A DNA stretch of 64,000 nucleotides, taken from contig OZ037766.1 in the NCBI GenBank assembly GCA_964035545.1, positions 1,426,001 through 1,490,000 of the forward strand, written 5' to 3'. This DNA is from Bugula neritina (lineage: Eukaryota; Animalia; Bryozoa). This document shows positions 15,601 to 26,810 of this stretch, piece after piece. A program made the translations under genes and the position numbers. Below the pieces are notes generated by a model. That model was given only the letters and a program-made list of their open reading frames with translations, was not told the DNA's origin and ran no database searches. The number at the start of each line of letters is the position of its first letter. Positions within the stretch are counted from its first letter, which is position 1.

Positions 15601-16526
15601 CTCAGATACTCTGGCATTATTGTTTCATTGGTACCAAGGCCCCAAGGTGCATGCCCGAGTATTACACTACGCTGTAGCCCTGAAACCAAGTAAGACAACT
15701 CTGAAACTGATGCAGTAAAATAAGAAGACATTAATAGACTTTGAGTAAAATAAAAAGACTTCAAAGTTCATGAAACTACAATTTAGTCTGCAGCTTTGAT
15801 TTACATCTATAAAAAGCAAAAGTAATATTTATCATTTTTGCTAAATTATAAAATCAGTTTAATTGTTCTGAATTCTCACAAAAAATAAAATGTCATAAAC
15901 TATAACACAATATAAAATACAATACAATATAAAATATAAAACAATGTAAAATACAACACAATATGAAATAATGTAAAATGTAGCATAATATAAAATACAA
16001 AATAACTGTGAATTTATATTATAAATAATGTGTCATATAATCTGAAAACTAGAATTAACTTTTTTGATAAATTTTCTCCCATTTACATCCACTTCAAGTT
16101 CTATATGACAATATAATCTACCTTATCGGAATTTATTATCTACTAACCCAGTTGCATTGGATGTCGGCCCGTCATCAAGGCCCCTCTCGTTGGAGTACAG
16201 ATGGGAGACACGTAGTAGTTATTCAAAAATATACCCTCATGTACCAATTTGTCAATATTAGGGGTGGGGATCTGAGGCGACCCATGAAAGCTAACATCAT
16301 TCCATCCCTAGAAAGAACCAAAACGTACATCCTACTAGTTATTTACATGCAATGAATATTTCTATAACAAACTGGAAATTTTTGTGATGATTTTTTGAAA
16401 GCAAGCAAAATAATTTGATCTTACCAGATCATCAGCCAATATCACTATAACATTAGGCTTCGCAGCGCATTCTGTCTGTGATATCCATGTGAGATATACC
16501 AGCAGCACAAACTTACAATACTTCAT
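9604..16526 (-). CDS. ARSB: Arylsulfatase B/I/J family sulfatase with signal peptide and two duplicated exon pairs
   Basis: [14 protein letters not shown]...[17 protein letters not shown]; formylglycine motif [12 protein letters not shown]; THAVGKWHLG; RGFDSYYGY; AVH; STDNGG; [15 protein letters not shown]; HVSDWLPT; [11 protein letters not shown]. Exons: 16425-16526, 16148-16307, [15567-15679 or 15398-15510], 14741-14843, 14404-14540, [13916-14054 or 12353-12491], ~11347-11499, ~11120-11259, ~10881-11029, ~10454-10704, 9604-9761. Exact paralogue assignment uncertain. Confidence 0.93.
9790..10350. repeat. ~29-33-bp intronic minisatellite in last sulfatase intron
   Basis: Unit TACAACACTCAGCCTATGTA(TGTGC)TGTCTCTA; begins about 30 bp from the acceptor at 9762. 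Confidence 0.92.
12745..12816 (-). mobile_element. tRNA-derived element (SINE head or tRNA-Thr(AGT) pseudogene)
   Basis: Minus strand GCAGCCATGGTCTAGGGTTAGAGCTTTTGCCTAGTAAGCACGAAGTCGTAGGTTCGAACCCCGACAATGGCC: A box, TGC-CTAGTAA-GCA anticodon-like loop, B box GGTTCGAACCC; acceptor and T stems poorly paired. Confidence 0.6.
12830..13125. repeat. ~36-bp minisatellite
   Basis: Unit ATATATAGAGCAGGTAAATGGTGTACACATACAC, about 8 copies. Confidence 0.9.
14556..14729. repeat. 15-bp minisatellite filling sulfatase intron 14541-14740
   Basis: Unit TGTATACTCTACTC(T). Confidence 0.9.
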
Positions 16527-17889
16527 CCTGAAAATGTGACCATAAAACTCTACAAATTAAAATATTATTATAATCACATAAGTGTGTCTAGCTGATATAA
16601 TGTTATATTTCCTTTACTCTGTTTATGTTGTATTTATATATTTGTATTATGTATAAATATGTTACAATGCTGTTGTAGTGAGTGAAAGAGAAATAGAAGC
16701 TATTATAAATAAACTTCAAAGAGTTATCACAACAGTCGGAACCTGCCTATTCTATATAATTACTGACTATTAGCTAACACAAATACTGGCAAGACACAAG
16801 TGACTATAACTGCATAATCAATGATAAGTATAAGACCATGTATAAGAACAAACTTTGTAGGTATTGAAACTAATTCGAACTAGTTTTTATATTTGAATTT
16901 CTCAACTTGAACTTAATGTTCAGGTTAAACTTAATTATGACATTCATTTATTAACTTAACCTACAACTATAAGACAAAGTGTACCAGATTGCTTCATTGA
17001 CTTTGAGTGATCGCTTTACATAATGATAATGACTATGATATCGATGATCATAATGATAACAACTATGATAATAAATATATTTAATATAATAATAATAATC
17101 ATTATCATCATAATGATGGTTAATTATTATTATATTTATAATCACTAAATTTAATTAGTATAGTAGCAGACTAACAGTAACACTAACAGTATAACCGTGA
17201 TTCACTTTTAGTTTTACTTTTAGATTAAATAACAATTATTAAAGCATTCTCATTATAACTACCACTTTTATTTTAAGTTTAACTCAAACTCAAAGTGATA
17301 ATGTCATAAACTCGTAGACATAATGGTAATGATCATCATAGTCATAATGATAATCATAATCATTAATGATTATGATAATCATAATGATAATGATAATCAT
17401 AATCATAATGATAAGGAAATCCTTTTCATTATCATTATGATGATGAACTTGCAGTTTAGTTTAACTTTAGGTGTATGCTTATTATAAAGAAAATCAATTA
17501 AAAATTTTAGGAATAGCGTGGTTTTTTAAGTTTAATCATACTTTTATAGCACTGAACAAAGTTGTACAGTCTTCAGAAAATTGTAGGCTCTTGCATACAA
17601 ACTATTCAACCTTGAACTTTCTTTTCCAATTTGCCTAGATGGAACCTAGCAATATCTGTGCTTCAACCGTTTGTAAAAGTTGTCCTCTAACTAAAATTCA
17701 AATTTGGCAAGCATTAGCGCAACTGTAAATATTATAAAAAACATTATTGGTTTTTTTATTTTATTAATTTTTTTAAATAAAAAAAATCAAAAGATAAAGT
17801 TTTGTACTTTTGATTTTATTGATGACTTGTATGAAACTGCTGTTTTGTAACCACATCACAAACTCAAAGTGTCTTCCAAAATATGAAAA

Positions 17890-19389
17890 ATGGAAAACCC
17901 TCCTGAAAATGTAACTAGAAGCACAACTATTTTTCAGCCTTCTGTTATTTTCTTAGTTATCAAAAACAGCTATGTGGTTAAAGGGGCCTCTACTGCTTTA
18001 CTATTATTTTATTGTTTATCTTTTATCGATACCGTATTCGACCATTTGTGCGTGGTACCAGGCTATGTCTTGCCACCTAACTTCTGGGTTTGGACTCTCC
18101 TAACGCACAACTTTCTTCAATCACATATATTAATGGTAGTCGTGGACATCTGTGTCGTAATAATGTCTGGTAAAATTCTCGAACCTCTGTGGAGTCTTTT
18201 GCAAATTGGAATTTTCTTTGCAGTTGTTACATCTTCTGCTGCTTTGATCACAGCAAGTTTTTATGTGATCTTTTACTATGTCACAGGGAACACCGACTAT
18301 CTGTTTAAAACTCATATTCATGGACTAGGTGCTTATATTGGTGGATTTTGTGTTACTGTAAAGCAGTTGATGCCCGAAGAAGTATTGATACGACTGCCTT
18401 TTGGAAAAATACGAGCTAAACATGTACCATTAATTTGTCTGAGTATTGCTATAACACTGTCGGCCTGCGGAGTATTAAATGGTCCGTATGCAATTCATTT
18501 TGGGTTCGGTGTACTCATCAGTTGGATATATTTGAGATTTTATCAAAAGCACGGTAATGGGAATACTGGGGATATGGCTGAAGAGTTCTCCTTTGCAAGG
18601 TGCGTACGTAGTTGATTATTTCGCCAGTAACTAATTCATCAACTATAAGTATAATTAAACAGTTTTAAGTACCAAAATGAGGTAGGTGTCATTGAATTTG
18701 ATAACTTTATTAATTTGAAAGTTTTTTTTCTTGATTTTTACTAGTAATGATTAGATATTTATCTTATTAATTATAAATTGAATTAATTATAAATCAAAAT
18801 TGAGGTAAAACTGAAAATTCTTTAATTGCACAATTTTTATTTTACTAAATTCTCTCTGACTTTTTGTTTTAGCTTTTTCCCTCCACCATTAGAGATATTT
18901 GTTGCTATAATATCAAACACCATATTCAGTCTTCTTATTCGAATAAAAGTTTGTAAAAAGCCACAACGTAAATATGATGTTAGCTCTCCCACTACCATAA
19001 CCGTCACTTTGCCTGGTACAGATCCTGTCGATGCAGAGCGGCGAAGGTAACTTCTAGATCTATTTTAGTCTTTTTTACTCAATGTTTCTGCAAATGGTTA
19101 TTTAACAATGTCAAGTTTTTGCTAAAATGGAATGTAGTTATAACTAAAACTTTTATGTTTTACTAAATAACTTTACTATTGCAGACAATTAGCTATCAAA
19201 GCTCTGAATGAGAGACTAAGTAAGGCTGGTGAAGAGACTAGTTGGCCAGGTCTGGAAGATGATGACGATGTGAAGGACATTCCAGAGGTGACTGTTGCTA
19301 CGGAAACCCTGGACAGCTCTACCCCAGCAGTCAATCAAGACTTGGTAGCCACAGACATAAACAATGCTAATATCACATCTAACTCCTAG
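17890..19389 (+). CDS. TMEM115: Transmembrane protein 115 (rhomboid-like Golgi protein)
   Basis: Exons 17890-18599, ~18873-19046, ~19185-19389. Motifs: PPNFWVWTLLTH, LEPLW, SWIYLRFYQKH, GDMAEEFSFASFFP, TLPGTDPVDAERRRQLAIKALNERL. Confidence 0.93.
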
Positions 19390-20671
19390 AATTTCTTTAC
19401 ATTCCATCAATCTCAATTGTTCTCTCTATCTCACTACCTGTATGTGTTTGTACGACTCGCTTGTGTGACGCCACAACTTCAAATAGCTGATAGTTCTTTC
19501 TAGAAGTGGAGATCTTCTACTGCATAACATTCAACTGTACAAATGTCTTAGTAACTTTTGTCTGCCTAGATCATGGAACTTATATCCTTATGTGCAAATC
19601 TTTATGCCAATAGATTTAGTAATTAAACTTGCACAATGCTACTAAATAGAAAACCTTTGAATATAATAGTTTCATTACACCCCCCCCCCCTTTTCTCTCG
19701 CCCCTCCCCCCCCCCCCCCCATGCTTAACCGGCACTCATGAGATTGTATTTATATCTTCTTCAAGGCCTGTATTTCGATATAACATGTCTAAGTTACTAT
19801 AACTTCCATAATAGTTATATTTTCTGTAAGCCCCAATATATTATAGTTATTTTATTATAATAGTATCCTGTTATTGCACATTTAATTTTATTTATTGAAC
19901 ATAAAACAATAATATACAATTTATATGTTCAACTTGAGTTTGGAACATTTTGTTGCATTTAGCAAAGTTGCTTTGGCTTTTCATTAAAGGAAAGCAATAG
20001 TATTAGTGCTCATGTATTTCAACTTGAATAGAAATATGCCGTTGGAGTTTTAATAAGGCAAGAGAGAATTTTCTATGTTGTTTGTGTAAAGTTCTAAATA
20101 TAAAGCATAATGCAATTTTATGACATGAATATATGCAAAATAAATATATAAATAATATTATTATGGACAGAAGAGTTGAAATCGGTGAACCACATATTGC
20201 TGGAAGTGAAACATGCTTTTAAAACTGATAAAAAATAGCATGGAATTACTTAGGAAGATAGAGTAAAACAGCAATACAAATATGAAAGGTCTTTAAATAA
20301 AGATTATATACTATATGTTTATAGATTATGCATTCATGATTATATTCAAAGTGTAGAAGATAAAACAGAGCTAGTAGTAAATGGTTTGTAGCAGCACCAG
20401 TTCTGAATAGCTTATTAGAGGGGAGAAAACTCTCCATTTTGGTGAACAGCACATCTAAAACATGACAGAAATAACAATATATTGTTGCAAGATGCAGTGG
20501 GTAAAGAAAAAACAGAAATGAAACAATCAAATTTATTGCATAGATAAATACCAAGTACAGTAAGCTTACCCATCGGTGTGTAACAAACAAGATATATGTA
20601 ATATAAAACTAGAGTATAGAGTAGAAACATAAAAATACAGAATAGTAATGAAGGTTAGTAATGCAACTGCC

Positions 20672-20995
20672 TAGGATGGTAATAATATAGATATATAGGA
20701 TAGTAATATAAATATATGGGATAGTAATATAGTTATATGGGATAGTAATATAGATATATGGGATAGTAATATAAATATATGGGATAGTAATATAGATATA
20801 TGGGATAGTAATATGGATACATAGGATAGTAATATAAATATATAGGATAGTAATATAGATATATAGGATAGTAATATAGATATATAGGATAGTAATATAA
20901 ATATATAGGATAGTAATATGGATATATGGGATAGTAAAGAGATATATAGGATAGTAATATGGATATATATGATAGTAAAGAGATAATATATAGAC
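20672..20995. repeat. 21-bp minisatellite in putative CTNS 3'UTR intron
   Basis: Unit GGATAGTAATATAGATATATG/A. Confidence 0.9.
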
Positions 20996-21018
20996 ATTTA
21001 TTCTATGGACTCACTTGC

Positions 21019-24000
21019 CTAAATCCTTTCATAATCTTCTAGTCTGTTCCTATACAGGATGTAGTGTTGTACCATAAACAGAATATCGAAGAGAATAGAG
21101 AGCGCTCCCAACCAAAACTTGGCCGGATTAGTGAAAATGGACGCCCAATCATCTGCAACAGGAAACAGCTAGATGTTATCTGCATATGTAATAATTATGG
21201 CATTGAAAACTAAAAAAAATTATTATTTGCTAATAAACCACTTTAACATGAGAGTAACTAAAAATACAGAAGGTTTGTGAATCTAGAGTCAATATCAAGC
21301 AATCATTATATTATAACCTTAAGAAAATCAAAATTAAAAAGTGTAATTAAAAATCTCTGAAAGGCTACACAAGACTGTTTACCGGCAGAAGTTTGGTATA
21401 TTGTTAGATAAACAGCAAAAGTTTCTATAACTTCACACTAAATTCTATTCAGGTCACATAAGAGATAAGTGTGCAGTGGGAGACAACTCACTAAAATTAT
21501 AGGCAAGTAGAAGCATCTGTAGGATACTGCCAGTTCCCCCAGTGAAGTCTAGTAGAATATTCCCTATACTCCAGCCTACTGTACTCTTCCTACGATAATT
21601 CATCCACGCCTGGGCAAACAATCCACAACACAGCAATCAACATAATGTGTTAATATACTGTGTAGTATACAGTGTGCACTACACTACGATGTGTAGATAT
21701 ACTGTGTAGTATACAGTGTACACTACATTAGAATGTAGTATGTACTGCATAGTGTAATAGTGTGTGAAACAACTTGTTTATTCAACTATTACTAAACTAT
21801 CATATCAATAATAAGCTTTTTATATTTCAATATGATATACATTTTTAGAGATAAAAAGCTTAAGATTTACATCTCTCCCATAAATCATTTTTGATCCGTA
21901 TTGGATTAAATTTAGTAAATATTAGCATAGGTTATTTAGCATACTTAATAAAAATTCCATTCAAAAACTTTTAGTGTAGCACATTGGCAGACACGCTTGG
22001 GGTGTGGGTTGAAATTCTCACGAGAACATAACTTCTTGTGTTACATTTTTAATCTAGAACACAAGCTTTTCTCAATTTCTCCATCCCTGCACGTACCTCC
22101 ACAATTACATAATACATAATAATGGAGTACATATTTGCATGCAGGTAAGCTATTAACAAAGTCAACATGCCTGATTGATATAGTCTGAGAAACTGCGTGC
22201 AGGTAAAACTAACCTGAGGCATGTATTTGATTACAGTAATGCCCAGTTTGACGTAGGAGAAGCCGTAAACCATGCTCAGCCAGTTGAATGTAGCAACAGA
22301 AGGCACGGCTGCTAGTATTATAAATATAAATATAGCTAGAACGGCAAGGGAGGCAATTCCAATACATATCTTACTGACTTTCTGAGTTCCTCTCTACAAG
22401 TACAGGTGATAGAGTGTGAAACAAGTCACTTTGATTTTACATCAACTCATAAAATGTAAACATTATAAATAAAATATACCCTTTTGAAATGAATAAACAA
22501 TAAAAATATAAACAACTCTGAGGAATTTTCATCTCCAGAAAAGTAATTGGAATTGACTCTATGTTTAGGTAATGTATTTTCATGATAACAGAACACATAA
22601 CCAAAAATCATGAAATATTCAAGTTGCGCAATCATAAATGAAAAAATAGACAGTTTTGTAAGAAAATTATTTTCTTTACTCAAAATTGACAAAAAAGTTT
22701 TCGTCAAACTTTACTTAACCATTGCATTTTTGCCTAATCCGAAGAAAAAACATGCATTATTATATAAAATAATTTAGTTATTTTAAATCTAACTACTTGT
22801 TTTGTTGTCGCTGAAATAAGAACTCCTGATAACTATCACAAAAACTTATCTCATGAACGTTTAGACATAAATATTTAGAAGTATGAATGAGCTATAAAAT
22901 CAGAGAATTAAGAGAGTTTGCTTTCTAATGAAATAAAACACAGAGAGTGACAATAAAACGTATAAGAAAATAGTATGACTCTACCTCATATATTGCCGTT
23001 TGTCCTATAGTAACACACGTAACGAAAAATGCATGGAGAGCAAACACAACATCATTGACTTCTACAGGTATAACGTCGTGCGGGTGAGCCTGATGATACT
23101 CTTGCTACAATAGACATCAATTTACATTGACCTCTTACTTTCTCAAAAGTGTGAGATATGGAAACCCAGTTTAATAATCTTAACATTTCAACACCAAATC
23201 ACATTTCTATGAAACACAGAATCAAAAATAAACGAAGCATTATTTGAAAGTTACATCTTTTACATATAAAAACATAACAAGTTTCAAGCAGCCAATCAAA
23301 AATAGGTGATCAAAAAGAAAGAGGTAAGCAGTTATTCAATATTTCCTATTACATTGATATAACATGAAAAAGTGGCAATGCGTGTGAAAATCAAAATTAC
23401 GCGGTGGTCACCAACGGAAATCTTGTTACCACCACCAGAGGTAAAACCAGACTCTCTTTTATAAGAAGAAGGAGTCCAAAACTGCTACAACACCTTAAAT
23501 TATACCAAATCAATACTATTTCTTAGTTGTTCAGTGAGAAATAATATACCAGATTATATTGTATTATATCACATTGAGTTATATCAATACTATTACATTA
23601 TATTATATTATGTTACACTAACACTATTATATCATATTATATTATATTACGTTACACTAACACTATTACATTATATTATATTACGTTACACTAACACTAT
23701 TACATTATATTATATTATGTTACACTAACACTATTACATTATATTATATTATGTTACACTAACACTATTATATCCTATTATGTTCTACCTGCACAGTGGT
23801 AGAACTATGGTTACATAGTATATTATGTTCTACCTGCACAGTGGGAATCCAGAACAAGCTGATGTTATAAACAGAGTAGCACAGGAACCCCAAAACATTG
23901 AGCAGCAGGAAGTCAAAGTTTAGTCCGATGACACTACAATCAGTTCATAGGTCACAGGCGATAGGTTACAGGTCATAGGTCATCCAAAATGTTACAGCAA

Positions 24001-25556
24001 AATGGCTGCCATTACTAAACATCAATAATAAGACTGAGGCCACAGTACACTGTAACTGTAATTATGAGGATAAATAGAGGACATTATTGATAACGCTGAG
24101 GCTAAATAAAGTATACCAATTCTCAGGGTGGGTCACCTTTTACGTCGAAAGTTGATGTAAATCTGAGGGTAGAAACTGATTGACCAGGCGACGAAGTAAA
24201 TCCATCCAATCACCTGACTCACCACATTGATGGCCTGACTGTGGTACAGCTGTACTCTGATGTAGCTCTCTTCAGTGCTACAACATGTAATAATGTGGGT
24301 AAAGTATACTGGGGAGTTGTCTTCATATGGGTAGCGCTGTCTTTTATACAACTATGTGAAAGTCTTCACATCAAGTTGAACAGTATTTAGATAATGTATT
24401 TGATAGGGCCACATTCTAAACAAAAGGAATTGGTGATGATGCAAAACTAACTACAATCGATTGTTTAAGGAATACAGCGTATGTTTTAAGCACTTGGAGT
24501 TTCTTACACATCAATATGAGCTTATATATTGGCCTGAAAAAAACATAAAATTAATTCATTTGATAATACTTTAAACTTTCTTTGAACCTACAATAAGATA
24601 TATTAGAGAAAATCTCACCTGTAATTGTGGGTGGAGCTATTGACAGCCCGCAGTGTGAACGTCACATAGCCAGGGTTATTGGCATGCATAGTAAGGTGCC
24701 AGGTGGTGACACCATCCTTGACAGTGGGTGGAGACAAATCATATGACAGCTTGTCACTGTGGGTATTGTTACCATTGTTTTCATATACAAACGATAAATT
24801 AGTGTCTTTCGGGAACACGGAACTGCAACAAAATAAAAGTTGAAAGTTGATTGGTATAATACCATAGGTATAACCACTACTGAGTAATCACAAAGTTCAC
24901 TGTTAGATTCAAAACAAAATAGACTAAATGGACTAACAGCAATTTATCAAAGTGGCAGTTATCACTATTTGCTTGATATTAAATAAAAAATGGTTTCAAA
25001 TCTATTTCAAAAAAATAATAATGACATAAGTCTCAAAGCTCTGAAAACACAAAAAGCTCTTACCAAGAGATCGTATAAGATTACTCTGTGTATAAATTGA
25101 CTCACTTAGCCTGAAGTATGACTGTACTAGTGTGGCCTATCTCTATGTCTAAATCATGAAGAACGTCGCTGTCGGAAGGTGAGTGGAAAAAGAACTCAAC
25201 TTCAGTGCTGCTGCTAACCCCTGCACAGTTTAAACATATTAACAAGTAGTTCTGGGCCTAAACTTTAGATGGTTGCTAAGAAGCAAAAGTAGCCTTTAGG
25301 TATACTTTCCTGCATCATAAGCATACTATGCGGCTAAATTCTGTAGGTGCTAGGCTTTTCTAGGAAACATAAAACAAATCTTCATCATTTTTTATATAAA
25401 TACATATCCACAAAGTCTTATAACTCAGATAATATACATATGGGCTGATTGAATTAACAACAAGCTTTGAAATATAATCTGCAGACTAAATATTATATTG
25501 TTCAACTTACCTAAACCCACAACTAGAAGTAAGAAGTTGATGGCTGTAAAATCCAT
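21019..25556 (-). CDS. CTNS: Cystinosin, lysosomal cystine/H+ symporter (PQ-loop)
   Basis: Signal peptide [16 protein letters not shown]; [33 protein letters not shown]; [10 protein letters not shown]; [41 protein letters not shown]; [13 protein letters not shown]; C-terminal YERI (YxxPhi), stop at 21019-21021. Confidence 0.95.
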
Positions 25557-25702
25557 AGCCTTATGAAAGGGCACAGCAGGCAAATATTCAAGTAAATTAA
25601 CAAGTCTTGGAGAATCCTGAAAGCCTAAATAAACAAACTAAAATTAACTTTAAGGTTACCTATGACTATCCCATTCACTATCAGTACAAGTATTGGTATA
25701 AG

Positions 25703-26038
25703 TACGAGGGTGGTTCAAAAAGTAACGCCTGTTTGCTTTCTGGCTCATAATGATGAACCCAAGGAAGGACTTAGAGGTCAGCGATTCTCTACTGACGAAG
25801 AAGTTAAAACGACTGTACGGTCTTGGCTGCGCTCACAACCATCCTCCTTTTACGAGGCAGGAATACATGCTTTCATAAAACGATGGACAGCAGCTGTGGA
25901 CAATGGAGGAGACTATATTGAGAAATAGAGTGTGTTCCTAAGTTGTTGCTGATCATTTTGATATATAGTTTAAGTATTCAGAAAATAAAAATTCTCTGAT
26001 CTTATACAACAGGCGTTACTTTTTGAACCACCTTCGTA
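25703..26038 (+). mobile_element. Internally deleted mariner (Tc1/mariner) element
   Basis: 31-bp inverted repeats including the flanking TA: TACGAGGGTGGTTCAAAAAGTAACGCCTGTT (25703-25733) and AACAGGCGTTACTTTTTGAACCACCTTCGTA (26008-26038), 1 mismatch. The interior encodes a mariner transposase C-terminus (LRGQRFSTDEEVKTTVRSWLRSQPSSFYEAGIHAFIKRW...GDYIEK*). Confidence 0.93.
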
Positions 26039-26415
26039 TTACTATTAGTATTAGTCTTACATTGATTATGACTTTCATTCTGAGTTACTCATACTGGCAC
26101 TATGACTATGACATTGACTATCAGTATGAGTATCAGTATGACTATCACTATGACTATGAGTGTGACTATGACAGTATCAGTATCAGTATGAGTATGAGTA
26201 TGAGTATCACATTCACCATCACTATAACTATCAGTATTATGATCACTATTAGTATTACACTTACAGTATACTACTAAAGTATTAGTATTTCTATTGAATT
26301 AAGATAAATTTTACAGCAAACCTAAATCTAGTTACTACTGTATTTTAATTTGTAAACTAGAAAGACAATTTCATTAGACTTTAACTTCATGTTCATGATA
26401 AGTTGAGGATTACAA

Positions 26416-26618
26416 TCACGTGCAAGGTCAAAGTTCAAACTAGGGTCTGGCCCGAGTGCCTGTCAACAAGTTCAAAGCCCAAGAATATTATTATTATGCA
26501 CACTGCATAGTATAATAATATTATAAAATATTAATCAAAGTTGTCTTCTCAACTGAGTATAATTTACGGACGTGACGTCACCTAGAGACTCTACAGCAAA
26601 AGCTTATTCATAGCCAAT
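26416..26618. promoter_or_regulatory. Shared CTNS/ARL3 promoter motif cluster
   Basis: E-box TCACGTG 26416-26422; DR1 AGGTCAaAGTTCA 26425-26437; CRE TGACGTCA 26573-26580; X-box-like GTCACCTAGAGAC 26577-26589; CCAAT 26614-26618. Confidence 0.5.
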
Positions 26619-26810
26619 AGAATTGTGTTTAACAACGCGTTAACTTTAACAAAGTAGCTGTTGAACTATCGTTTTGGAATTTTTCAATTTTATTTTAATT
26701 AACGCCCATGTAAAAATATATACCAAAAGCACCTAACAATATACTGCATTATTTGCTTGTAAATCAATTGCTTAAAATTAAAAAAACAAAGTTTTTTCAG
26801 CAGCTAAATT

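Noticed and set aside
12353-15679. Duplicated sulfatase exons as an assembly or haplotype artefact
   Set aside because: Copies are strongly diverged at synonymous sites, flanking introns are unrelated, and the intervening exons 4-5 are single.
19680-19720. Poly-C tracts in the TMEM115 3' region
   Set aside because: Could be a MITE end or G4 motif, but no partner TIR was found; unsupported.
21977-22030. Weak A-box/B-box-like sequence in a CTNS intron
   Set aside because: Too degenerate to fold as a tRNA; at most an old SINE fragment.
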